Source of the DNA: Saccostrea echinata
Taxonomy: Eukaryota
Length of the DNA: 64,000 bases
NCBI RefSeq assembly: GCF_033153115.1
Contig: NW_026889810.1
Location: 1,984,001 to 2,048,000, forward strand
Direction: 5' to 3'
The notes beneath the pieces are model-generated. The model was not told the DNA's origin. It saw nothing but the letters and a program-made list of their open reading frames with translations, and did not search any database. This document shows, piece by piece, positions 1 through 10,351 of the stretch. Every line of letters starts with the position of its first letter. Position 1 is the stretch's first letter. The position numbers were made by a program, and so were the translations under genes.

Positions 1-172
1 GGACCTGGTGTTTTGGACAGAGTGATTGATTACAGATCAGAGGAAGAAGAAGAAGAAAAAGTGTAAAAGAAAAAAAAAAAAATAGACTCAATAAAAATTT
101 TTAAAAAACAAAAAAAGGTGTTGTTATAAATAGAAGGGTCCTAAGTTATTTTGTCTCAGTATCTCACTGAAC

Positions 173-1156
173 ATGGCCGAGAGCAGTGGTTTTTACATGA
201 CTTTACCCAGTGATGGGTCCATGCAATCTTTTCCGAGTAATACGACGGCTCAATTTAAAACCTTATTACCACAAACAGTAGATTTAACAAATGGACAATG
301 GGAAGTGGCTTTAACAGAATTGATGTATCCCATTTCATTGAAAAACATCACAGAAGAGGAAGCTTATTTAGACATCCTGCTTCCTCAGTTTTATGTTAAA
401 AAAGTCGAAGAACCTAATGTGTTTAGATGGGACAGATTTAAAATGAAAACCATAGAGGCGATGCCATTAAGCGAATGTCCTGTACTGTTAGATTGGGCCC
501 ATACTGAATTTGGTAATCTCATAACGAAAGACCAGAAGATGGAAATTAAGCGAATTCACTTTAGACCGGGGCCTTACATTCATCCCATGGCTTTAACAAG
601 TGAAATCAGTCTTGGACTGGAAAGAACTTTGAAAAAATTATGGAAGTTTTTGGGTGATTCTAAAAAAGAGAATGCCATGAAATTAACCTATCATGACAAA
701 TATGATAAAGTGATGTATCACTTTAACGGGAGAGAACTTAGAAAATATCCCTTTTGCATTCGTTTTCCAGCAGCCTTAGCTTATAAGTTAGGAATAGAAA
801 GTAAGAAGGTGATGCTTCAGAACGATACAGAAACCAAATGGATCAACGTTAGTTACATGGGTAACAATACCGTAGATTTATATGAAAATCTGAAATCCAT
901 GTACGTGTATTGTGACTTGATTGAACCCCAGACGGTAGGATCCAATGCCTTGAAATTGTTAAGAGTGGTTCCTTGTACACTCAATCTGGAAGATAAAAAA
1001 CAAGCTAAATGGGAACCCGTTCGAGCGGAATATTTGAAACTGAGTAAAAAACATTTCGATAGCATTTAGATTCATATCATGACTCCTTTAGGGACTCCCA
1101 TGCCTTTATTAAGTGGAAAATCGGTCGTGAAACTTCATTTCAGAAAAGTGTACTGA
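173..1156 (+). pseudogene. Minor capsid protein (penton) with one internal TAG at 1067-1069
   Basis: N-terminal FYMTLPSD..FP.NT.A.FKT.LP...L..G.WEVAL.E and C-terminal YVYCDLI.PQ.VG....LLR motifs. The frame continues past the TAG (E in copy B) to LHFRKVY-TGA at 1156. Confidence 0.88.
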
Positions 1157-1305
1157 GATGAGTGTACATCTTTTTTGTTACATCCTATTGGGAGTGATGA
1201 CTTGTCTGATATGCTGTCTGTATTGTATTCAACCCTAAGACAGGAGGGGTATAAAAAGGAGTCACTTGAGTGCATTTAGGTCAGTCTGACACGAGTCATG
1301 AAAAC

Positions 1306-2080
1306 ATGCAGTATCATCCCGGATTATTGAGACAAAGAGGACACGGACAGTTTGTCTATCATAGAGGTTTATTACGTCAAAAAGGACACGGTATTTTGGG
1401 ATCCTTGTTTAAAGTAGCAGCTCCCTTAATAGGAGGATTATTTGGAGGAGGCCAACAGCAACCACACCCACCCCCACCCTATTATTATCCACCCCAAAAC
1501 TATCAAAGAGGGGAAGGATTTTTTACAGATTTACTGAAATCGGGGGCTAAACACGCCTTGACCGCTGCTGCTAGAACGGGGTTAGACGTGTTAGAAAATA
1601 AGAGATCTTTAAAAGACGCTGTCAAAACTCACGGAGTACAAGCCCTGAAAAACACTTCGGGAATGGTGAAACAAAGAATGAATCTAGGAGGTACTAAGAA
1701 AAGAAGAAGAAAGAGAATGAAAAAACAGAGGGGATCGGGAATGGTGATTAAAATAATAAGAAGAAAAAGACGACAGAGAGGCAGAGGATTTTTTACAGAT
1801 TTACTGAAAACGGGAGCTAAACATGCCTTGACCGCTGCTGCTAGAACGGGGTTAGATGTGTTAGAAAATAAGAGATCCTTAAAAGACGCTGTCAAAACTC
1901 ACGGAGTACAAGCCCTGAAAAATACTTCGGGAATGGTGAAACAAAGAATGAATCTAGGAGGTAGTAAGAAAAGAAGAAAAAAAGACACCTGTGTTAGCCC
2001 GTGGAGGTCCTAAGAGAAAAAGAAAAAAACAAGGAGGAATTCAGACTAAGAAAACACGTCCTTTAGATATCTTTGATTGA
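1306..2080 (+). CDS. Basic virion core/membrane-active precursor (QxGxG-repeat protein between penton and hexon), with an internal duplication and a likely 3' frameshift
   Basis: Repeated QRGHG/QKGHG/QRGEG motifs, amphipathic LGSLFKVAAPL, Lys/Arg tracts. Homolog at 32818-33360 ends LDVFD*, matching LDIFD* at 2080 in another frame. Confidence 0.75.
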
Positions 2081-2151
2081 GAGACTATAAATAGGGGAGA
2101 CGAGTGAGATTGACCTTATTTGTGAAAAATCAATCTTAGTAGACAGACATC

Positions 2152-3573
2152 ATGTTGCAACCAGATTCCTGTGCGTGTGGGATGAACAATTTACAATTGT
2201 TTCAAGTCCCCCCGACTAATATTGCTTTAGAAGACTCCAAATGGGAAGAATATTACCCCATTTCTAGTACTTTAGATTCGGATACGGCTCCCATTGAATT
2301 TGAAATTAAAGGACAAGGAGATCAATATCTGGATTTATCTCAAACGTATGTTCAAATGGTGTGTAAATTTACCAAAGACGATGGTACTAATCTGACTGGA
2401 GCTAACACCACTTGCGCCCCGGTGAATAATATCTTACATTCCTTGTTTACGGAAATCGATCTCAATGTCAATGGAAAAATAGTGACTCCTGGAACTGATA
2501 CTTATCCTTACAAAGCTTATCTGGAGAAATTACTTTCTTACAAACCCAGAACTTTAATGACACAGATGAGAGCCTGTAGTCTGTGGGAAAAAGATACGGC
2601 AGGACACATGGACGAAGTGGGGGTAGCAGACCTTGGAGTGGCTCAAAATAAGACATTTGATGTAACCAAGGGTTTACTGGGTGCTGCTGATACTGTGGTC
2701 ATTGACGAACCTATCGTCCCAGAGTTACCGGCCAATTCTAGAAACGAAGGATTTAGAAAACGTCACCAGGCCATCCATGATAGTAAGAAAATAGCCTTGT
2801 TTGATCGTTTACATCTGGATCTATTTCAACAAGACCGATTTCTACCCAATGGAGTAGATGTCCGTTTGAGATTTAATCGAGCTAGACCTCAGTTATATAT
2901 GATGATCAAAGCAGGAAGTACGGGAAAAGTGAAAATATTGAACATAGTCTTGTGGGTGAGAAAAGTCAAACCCACGGCCGTCATGATGAATGGCATTAAT
3001 CAAAGTTTGAACACTCATAGAGCTAAATATCCATTGAGAAGAGTGGAAGTGAAAACCTTTACCATACTAACAGGAACTCAATCTAAGATTACGGATCATC
3101 TGTTTCAAGGCCAGATGCCTAAACGTCTCATTTTAGGCTTTGTGGAGAATGCGGCTTTTAACGGAGATAAAACTAAAAATCCGTTTCATTTTCAAAACTT
3201 AGGGATTAAGAAATTAGATGTCAGTATCAACGGAGAGACCATGAGTACTCGTTGTTTTGAGCCCAATTTCAATGAAGATTTATATCTGAGATCTTATCTG
3301 AGTTTATATCAAGCCTTGGGAAAATTAGGAGAAGATTGGGCTCCGGACATCACCCTAGAAGAGTATAAAAACGGATACACTCTGTGGGGGTGGGATTTCA
3401 CTAAAAGTCAAGAAGCGCAGTCGGACAAATTCCACATCATAGAAACCGGAAATCTGAGAGTAGAAGTCCAATTTACGAACAATACGGTGAACACCTTAAA
3501 TTGTGTGGTGTATGCAGAATTCGATAACCTATTAGAAATTAACAAACAGAGAGAAGTGAGTATTGATTACTAA
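2152..3573 (+). CDS. Major capsid protein (double jelly-roll, hexon-like), intact 473 aa
   Basis: Typical Maverick MCP sequence (LQLFQVPPT...PIEFEI...YLDLS...[11 protein letters not shown]...[14 protein letters not shown]...[15 protein letters not shown]). Lies between core and protease genes. Confidence 0.93.
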   Translation: MLQPDSCACGMNNLQLFQVPPTNIALEDSKWEEYYPISSTLDSDTAPIEFEIKGQGDQYLDLSQTYVQMVCKFTKDDGTNLTGANTTCAPVNNILHSLFTEIDLNVNGKIVTPGTDTYPYKAYLEKLLSYKPRTLMTQMRACSLWEKDTAGHMDEVGVADLGVAQNKTFDVTKGLLGAADTVVIDEPIVPELPANSRNEGFRKRHQAIHDSKKIALFDRLHLDLFQQDRFLPNGVDVRLRFNRARPQLYMMIKAGSTGKVKILNIVLWVRKVKPTAVMMNGINQSLNTHRAKYPLRRVEVKTFTILTGTQSKITDHLFQGQMPKRLILGFVENAAFNGDKTKNPFHFQNLGIKKLDVSINGETMSTRCFEPNFNEDLYLRSYLSLYQALGKLGEDWAPDITLEEYKNGYTLWGWDFTKSQEAQSDKFHIIETGNLRVEVQFTNNTVNTLNCVVYAEFDNLLEINKQREVSIDY

Positions 3574-4076
3574 TGGATACGGGACAGTTGAGAGAAGTCT
3601 TATCCAGAGAATTAAAGAGTTCTTTTGGTGGAGTGTACCCTGTAGATATATTACCGGATCAATTAAGACCTCAAGAAAAAGCCATCGTGGTGAATACGGA
3701 TCCTCAAGATCAACCTGGAGAACATTGGGTATGTTTGTATTTGTCCAGTCCAGTCATCGAATATTTTGATTCTTATGGATTTCCTCCCTTACAAAAAGAA
3801 ATTCAAGATTTTATCCATCGTCATGCTCAACAATGGATTTATAATCCGTACCGATATCAAGATTGGAATACAGATGTATGTGGACAATATTGCGTGTATT
3901 ATTTACATCAAAGACACAAGTTGAGAAAGAAAGCAGACGAGTGGTTATTTCCCTTTGACCATAGTACAGCTTTACAAAGAGATCATTATGTAGCTCAATG
4001 GTTTAAAGACAGTTATCATAAAAGACCTACGGGTCATGGACAAACTTGTCAATGTTTCTATCAAAATGTCATGTAA
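3573..4076 (+). CDS. Adenain-like (C5) cysteine maturation protease, intact
   Basis: NTD...PGEHW (His), YFDSYG (Asp), YQ...VCGQYC (Gln, Cys) catalytic pattern. Start overlaps the MCP stop (TAATG). Confidence 0.93.
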   Translation: MDTGQLREVLSRELKSSFGGVYPVDILPDQLRPQEKAIVVNTDPQDQPGEHWVCLYLSSPVIEYFDSYGFPPLQKEIQDFIHRHAQQWIYNPYRYQDWNTDVCGQYCVYYLHQRHKLRKKADEWLFPFDHSTALQRDHYVAQWFKDSYHKRPTGHGQTCQCFYQNVM

Positions 4077-4234
4077 TTAATTGCTGTTATCAATAAAGAA
4101 TTGGAAAAAAAAATCTGTTCTTGTTGGGTTTTTTTTTTTTTTTTAAAAAAGGGGGTTTTCCCCATGATACTAAATATAGATAGAAAAAAGGTATATAAAA
4201 AAAGAAAAAGAAAAAAAAATAGCCTCATTTGATC

Positions 4235-4735
4235 ATGAGTCTCCAGGAGATACAGGGTGATTTATTAAACATTCCTGTAGAAGCTATCGTACATCAATGT
4301 AACTGTTTAACAGTCAGAGCTCATGGATTGAGTCAAAGTATAGCAGATAAATATCCTCAAGTGAATTTGTATGCCACCCGCAGACCTTTAGGGTCTAGAA
4401 ATTTAGCCTTAGAAGAGGACAGGGATAAGCCAGGAACCATTAGGGTGTTTTCCTCACAAGCACCTGTGGTCATTTGTTTATTAGCTCAATGGGATTATGG
4501 CAGAGCAAGTCACAGACCTAAAAGAATCTCCACTTATCAGGACACCCCACAAAATAGAGAGCAATGGTTTCAAGCCTGTTTACAAGAATTGGGAAATTTA
4601 CCTTATAAAACTTTTGCTTTTCCTTACAAGATTGGATGTGGCTTAGCTGGAGGAAATTGGACTCATTATAGACATTATATTGAACAATTTGTACACACTT
4701 ATGAGAAACATGTGTACATTCTTCATAAACATTAA
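4235..4735 (+). CDS. Stand-alone Macro domain protein (TARG1/DarG/Poa1p-like ADP-ribose hydrolase family)
   Basis: IQGDLL...IVHQCNC....HGLS..IA.KYP...PGTI...FPYKIGCGLAGGNW macrodomain motifs. Own TATA (about 4192) and TCATTT initiator. Confidence 0.88.
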   Translation: MSLQEIQGDLLNIPVEAIVHQCNCLTVRAHGLSQSIADKYPQVNLYATRRPLGSRNLALEEDRDKPGTIRVFSSQAPVVICLLAQWDYGRASHRPKRISTYQDTPQNREQWFQACLQELGNLPYKTFAFPYKIGCGLAGGNWTHYRHYIEQFVHTYEKHVYILHKH

Positions 4736-4749
4736 CTGTGTGTGTGTGT

Positions 4750-5855
4750 GTTTTTTATGTGATATAAAATAAATCTTTTTTGAAATATATGGGTAGGCGT
4801 GATGATATTGAAAGTACCTTTTAGGAATGAAGTGCCATGCTCCAGCCTCCAAAAAGTATATATTTAAAACAGGAGAAGGTCCACAGCAGTCTGATGCACT
4901 CATAAGCAGATCCTTGGGTGGGGCCCAGTAGAAACACTAGGAATTTTTTATTTCCATGAGATCATCCACTTTGGCTCACACTACAGTTTTTCTTTTCCCC
5001 CTGTAATATAATGTCAATATTAAAATGGGAAAAATTCATAATTCATCAGCACTTGGAGATAAAAAAAAAACCTTGCTATCTTTAACAACTATGGTATTAT
5101 AATTTACATTATCAATTATCTTTTACTTATCCATTTTTTTTATCATTTTTTAAAATATATATATATATAAACATGTATAGTAAAAACAGAATTAAAATTT
5201 GTATCTCATTGAAAACTTCAAAGTTTTGTTTGTTTCTATATGTTGGATGATTAACTGTGTGTATTTCCAAAAGGAAGAGCACAGCCCAGGCTTCACTTCA
5301 TAGAGACTTGATTATAGATGGTTAGGAACCCAAAAAACATATCTTCCATGTTGAGGACTGTAGAAATAAAACCATTTTGTTATTATAACAAAATACTACA
5401 TGAAACAATGCATGTTTAAATGTAATGGAATAAAAAAAAGAGTAATATATATATATCACGACCTAACTTATACTGGAATGAATGAAATTTCATTCATAAA
5501 TATATATATATTTAAAAGACAAAAGATAAATACAGACTTATTTACTATGGACCATAAATGATGACATGAATAGCAGGCCATACTTTAAGCACATGACAAA
5601 CCATTATCTCAAAATCATGAAGAACTGGGTTCATTAGCATAGCTGACATTAAAACATATAGGTGAGGGATAACATAATCACAACAATAAACAATGTGTAA
5701 AAATTTTTTAAACTACTTACAGGGTGGATTACACGCCTTGAACAGGGAAGGGGTAAAAAAACTTGCCGCGAGAGTATCATGGCGGCATAAACACAGAAAA
5801 TTAAGTCGTACTTAAACACATTCCCTAATGATTTGAGAAAATCACTGTATTTCAT
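4750..5855 (-). pseudogene. Possible decayed multi-exon accessory gene of element A
   Basis: ATG at 5855, GTAAGT donor near 5719, AG acceptors near 5359 and 5001, coding-like blocks with in-frame stops. No recognisable homology. Confidence 0.3.
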
Positions 5856-6004
5856 GTGTATTTACTTCTTTTTTTTATTGGACATGGGGAGAGAAAGTCT
5901 ATAAATTTTTTGTTGTTGTTGTTATAATCGAATAATAAATAAATAAATAATATGAGTTGACAAGAAAAAAAAATAATTATTTTATTTTAAGTGTTTATGA
6001 GTTT

Positions 6005-6048
<44 letters not shown>

Positions 6049-6099
6049 AGTGACCTCTGGTGTTATTATACGTTTCTTTTATAACCGTGTATGTTATAG

Positions 6100-6228
6100 T
6101 TACACTATAGATATTAATTGGTCATTGGTAAATACACTCACAGTTTTTAATTCACGAGGGGCGGAGCCCCGAGTGAATTAAAAACTGTGAGTGTATTTAC
6201 CAATGACCAATTAATATCTATTGTGTAA
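6100..6228. repeat. Long near-perfect inverted repeat (about 63-bp stem, GC-GGA-GC loop) at the Crypton left end
   Basis: tagatattaattggtcattggtaaatacactcacagtttttaattcac is followed, after gaggggcggagccccga, by its exact reverse complement. Confidence 0.95.
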
Positions 6229-6423
6229 GTTACTTGTACCAGAGGACCAATCAAAAAGTTGAGCTAACGTTTTGTACCGCCTACTGCATGCTACATATTA
6301 ATGATCAAATATTAACATTCAACACTCATTGTATGGACCAATGAAAAATCAAGATATTGTTTTGTACTGCCTACTCCTGTATAAAAGCTTAAAACAATTA
6401 AAATTTACAGTAGTTTAACAAAA

Positions 6424-8074
6424 ATGGATCTCTGGAATGTTCATGAGATAGATGACATAACTTTGAGTCAGGCTGCAGAATTCCTTGAAGCCGAATCAAA
6501 TTTTGAAAACTTGTCCTTAAGTGATTTCCTTGACATTGATTTCGGAAATTTTGATATATTGTCAATGGAAAATATTGATATTACAAGTTCTGATGTGAAA
6601 ATGAAAACGGAGAATTCTGATGTGAACTCAGCTGGGTCGCGCTTCGGAGATCTAAAAGAGGAAGAGGATATAAATCGTCTAATTAAGGATACTGAGAGTA
6701 AACATACAAGAAAAAACTCCAATTGGAGTAAGAAAACATTTGATGAGTGGCGAGAGTACAGAACAAGCCAGACAAACGTCCCTATACCTGAGATCGAAAA
6801 TTTTACAGAAAACGATGTAAATGTATGGTTGAGCAGATTTGTACTTGAAGCCAGACGCAAGGATGGAGCACCGTACCCTCCTAACACGCTTTATCAACTT
6901 TGTGCCGGACTGATGAGAGTACAGAAAGAAAGCGGAACTTTTATGAATTTTCTAGATGAAAAAAATCCTGTTTTTTTTCCGTTTCGACGAAGTTTGAGTG
7001 CAAGAATGGCTGAGTTAACAAAGCAGGGTGTTGGAACAGTAACACATCAAGCGGACCCCATATCTCGTGACAATGAGGAGGAACTCTGGTCAAAGGGAGT
7101 GTTTGGATCAGGAACAGCAAAATCACTTTTATATACAGTTTTCTTCTACAATTGCAAACTGTTTGGGATGAGGGGGACAGACGAACATAGAAACTTAGAG
7201 CTGAATCAATTTCAACTGGACAAAGAGCCAATGAGTCTTACATTCTATGGGAGAGCTAACAAAACCTACAAGGGTAAGTTACACTTTCTAGTTTTATATA
7301 TTTATATTTTCATTCTTTAGAGTAAATAAATTGCGACAATATTTAAGCGTATCTTAGGCCTACTTTTCAATTATTGTTGCTAAATATCTGAAGATTTTTC
7401 TCAACTGTCTGTTTGTTTTATCTTACAAAAGGGGGGTGGGGGGTGTCTAAACACATTTGTGACTAAGAAATGAAAAGTTTCATAGGAACGAAAAAAATGT
7501 AAGAAATTTAATTGGTATTTTAATTTTAGGTGGGCTGAATCAGAGGCACATTTCTCCAAAAACTATTAAGCATGTGTTTTCTGACCCCAAGCTTTTCCTT
7601 ATTTACGAGGAATACATTCAACTTGTTCGAATGATTTCTACTGATGAGAATGGTTCTGAACCATTTTATAGGCGTCCTCTGGAAAACAAGAATAACTTAA
7701 AAACATTTAGTAAGCAGTGTCTTGGTGTCAATAAGTTATCAAAGCTTATGAAAAGTATTTGTGAGGAAGGGGGACTCAAAGGCGCATTCAGTAACCATTC
7801 AGGGAAAAGAACCTGTGCAACGCAACTTTATCAAGCTGGAATTCAAGAGCAGGAAATAATGGGCCGTACTGGGCATCGTAGTGTACAAAGCGTAAGAAAA
7901 TACAAGAGGCCTTCAGGAGAAATGTTGGAAGAAATTTCGAATGTATTGGAACCACCTGTGAAACGCGAGAAAGTTGAAATGGAGGTGTCCGAATCCACTG
8001 AGAGGATGTGTTCTAAATCTGGCTGCACTGGTGTTACTGCGTATAACAATTGTGTGTTTGAGTTCAAATTTTGA
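6424..8074 (+). CDS. Crypton tyrosine recombinase (DUF3504/ZMYM-KCTD1-QRICH1-related); two exons 6424-7273 + 7530-8074, 464 aa, intact
   Basis: The GT..AG intron 7274-7529 joins the exons in frame (ANKTYKG|GLNQR). Motifs EARRKDG..YPP.TL, FGMRG.DEHR (R), NKTYKGG (K), NHSGKRT (H/R), TGHRS (H), VRKY (Y). Confidence 0.88.
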
Positions 8075-8115
8075 CAGTACAATGCCGAATTCCCGAGTAA
8101 TCAATCGTGTGTGTG

Positions 8116-8152
<37 letters not shown>

Positions 8153-8678
8153 GTAAAATTTGTGAGGTACACAGAAATTAAAAAGAAATGTGAAATTATG
8201 TTATGTTAAAATCAAAGTTGAAATGTTTTTATAGCATAATTATGTGAAGTACACAATATAAGACAATCTAAGAAAAAAATTACAAAAATGAGAATTTATA
8301 AATGTTTTAATTTGTATTTGGAATAAATTGTATATTTAGTGCAATTGTGCAAAGTTGTTTGTGTAAAATGACATCATTCTTTCAGCAGCTTTGAATGTGC
8401 TGTCAAACTATGACTGAAATTGACATCATTCATTCAGCAGACAAGGTCTAAAATTTACACTGATCATTCATTCATCAGTCAAGGTCTTGACACTATGGCT
8501 TGATGCCAAAAGTGGGCGTGACTAAAAAAACTGTGATTCTTCTGGCAAATACACCACAGCAACATCAAAGTAAAATCTGAATTTACCGCCAGTCCTATGG
8601 TACAACAAAAAGGTATCTTTTCGTAAAATTTGGGTTGGCCCTTAAAAGGGCCGTTGTTGTTTTTTTTTTCTTCAGGGT

Positions 8679-9389
8679 TTACTCTCTGGGACGTCGGCCT
8701 CGCCCTCGACCAGTAGCTACTCCATTCTCTCTCCCCTCTATGGTGACCCCACGGCCTCGGCCCACAAACTGTCTCCTGGGTGTTGGAGGAGGAGGAGGGG
8801 TAGGAACAACGGGCTCTGGGCATCCGTATCGACAGAGGGGGCAGCCCTCTCCTCGGTCGATGAGGCGGGCCGCACAGAGGAAACATGCTGGCCTCTGGCG
8901 GCATCGACCACAGACGAAGTTGGATAGCTCATCGTCGCATAAACAGAGAACGCAGTGTCCCTCCGCCACAGCAGCCTCGATCCCCCACAAGGGAATACAT
9001 CCCTGAAAGACCGCTCGGTCCTGGGGTGGTGATGGTGGTTGTACCCCGTTGAGCAGGCGGTGGAGCGCTCTGACCGGCGATGAAGGGGGGGGGGGGGACT
9101 CCGGAGTGTCTGGCAAGTCGAAGTTCCTGCCCTCCTCCTCTGGCCGCGGATGATAGATGGGCCCTGGCTCCCTTCTGCGCTCTGCCGCTGCTGCTGGCGA
9201 TGGCCTGGCATAAGGAGTGGGTCTGGATCTCCGGGTGTTGGTGGCGATGAAACTGTTCAGATCTCCCACACGAATGCGCCCCATATTAAATATGGCAAAC
9301 TCCTCCCCGGTGTCCTGGTTCCTAACAACCATCTGCAAAATGACCTCCACTCCAGGTTGTATGGCAATGTTCTCGGTAAACAGAGACAT
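8679..9389 (-). CDS. Pro/Arg-rich protein with a C-terminal all-Cys (C4C4-type) RING-like finger, putative E3 ligase
   Basis: CVLC-x10-CGRC-RQRPA-CFLC-x10-CPLCR. Homologs in B (36519-37160) and C. TATA and TCATTC initiator upstream. Confidence 0.75.
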   Translation of the reverse strand: MSLFTENIAIQPGVEVILQMVVRNQDTGEEFAIFNMGRIRVGDLNSFIATNTRRSRPTPYARPSPAAAAERRREPGPIYHPRPEEEGRNFDLPDTPESPPPPSSPVRALHRLLNGVQPPSPPQDRAVFQGCIPLWGIEAAVAEGHCVLCLCDDELSNFVCGRCRQRPACFLCAARLIDRGEGCPLCRYGCPEPVVPTPPPPPTPRRQFVGRGRGVTIEGRENGVATGRGRGRRPRE

Positions 9390-9409
9390 GATGCTTTCGT
9401 TGTATGGCC

Positions 9410-10260
9410 GAAATCAGCTAGGTAACGAATGACAGTTAACAGCTGATCAGCGTCGGTATTTATACACACAGCGCGAGCCGAAAAGAGAGCACTCTAAAAG
9501 CCCGGATGACGAAGAGCTCAGAAAATCATGGAAAAATCAAAATTGTGTTATTTGTGTTTTGTGAATACCTCTATTGGATTAAATAACATATTATGGAATT
9601 ATATATACATTCAAACCTTCTAGTTATGAGATGAAGGTAAGTTTTGAGAATGATTTCACAGTATTTTTTATACATGACATTATTCCCTTGTTTAGAACAG
9701 GCTCATTCATGCCGAAGCGAAGGGTTAACCTTGACTGACCTGAATACGTAAAATAAGTCGTTTTAGACTTTTTAGAGTGTAACAAAAAGAAAACTTATTG
9801 TATACAATAAGATTGAACTTAGGGAAGAGTGTTGGTATAGTTTTCAGATCAAAAGAATCGTTACAAGTGTAAAAATAAACTTAGCGTCGGTTTCGGGATA
9901 AACATAAGGGAGGTCAAAGGTCAGCCATTTTCAGAAAATCAATGTATAAGACTTGTATAGGGAATATAAGAATCTTTTCGATCCTGACCTTTTCAGATAA
10001 AAATTTTGAGATGAATAGAATCAGATTGATTTAAAAACAAATTGTATACACTTTATTTGCAGTGGGAAAGTTTAGATTTTTTTAAATAAGAACAAAACAT
10101 CCCAGCGTCTAAATGTATAGACTTGTATAGGGAATATAAGATTCTTTTCGATCCTGACCTTTTCAGATAAAAATTTTGAGATGAATAGAATCAGATTGGT
10201 TTAAAAACAAATTGTATACACTTTATTTGCAGTGGGAAAGTTTAGATTTTTAAATAAACC
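9410..10260 (-). promoter_or_regulatory. Conserved non-coding upstream region of the RING gene, including a perfect DR1 AGGTCA-A-AGGTCA at 9911-9923 and a roughly 170-bp tandem duplication at about 9940-10255
   Basis: Alignable along its length with 37170-37860 in B and partly with 45780-45890 in C. Confidence 0.6.
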
Positions 10261-10351
10261 AGGATTTTATAGACTCAGAGTCTAACGGATACATGATGAC
10301 GTCATTACTAAACAACAACAATAACAAAAAGCTTAGTGTCTTTTCATCCTT

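Larger units (their letters stand above)
6090..8602 (+). mobile_element. Crypton (tyrosine-recombinase transposon) inserted in Maverick A
   Basis: Bounded by direct repeats TATGTTA (6090-6096) and TATGGTA (8596-8602). The flanks join to give the uninterrupted sequence seen in B (36385-36510). Carries a YR gene and a subterminal hairpin. Confidence 0.8.

Noticed and set aside
6424-8074. Host KCTD1/ZMYM/QRICH1 gene
   Set aside because: No BTB or MYM domains. It retains catalytic YR residues and lies in a discrete insertion whose empty site is seen in element B.
8900-8960. LxCxE Rb-binding motif in the RING proteins
   Set aside because: LCLCDD/LCLCDE does not have L-x-C-x-E spacing, and most of these cysteines fit the zinc-ligand pattern.
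8738-9211. Second overlapping ORF on the RING gene (also 36593-37030 in B)
   Set aside because: It is open in the same relative frame in both elements, but the starts differ, the peptides are barely similar and the region is GC/Pro-rich, so an open frame by chance is plausible. Not supported without more copies.
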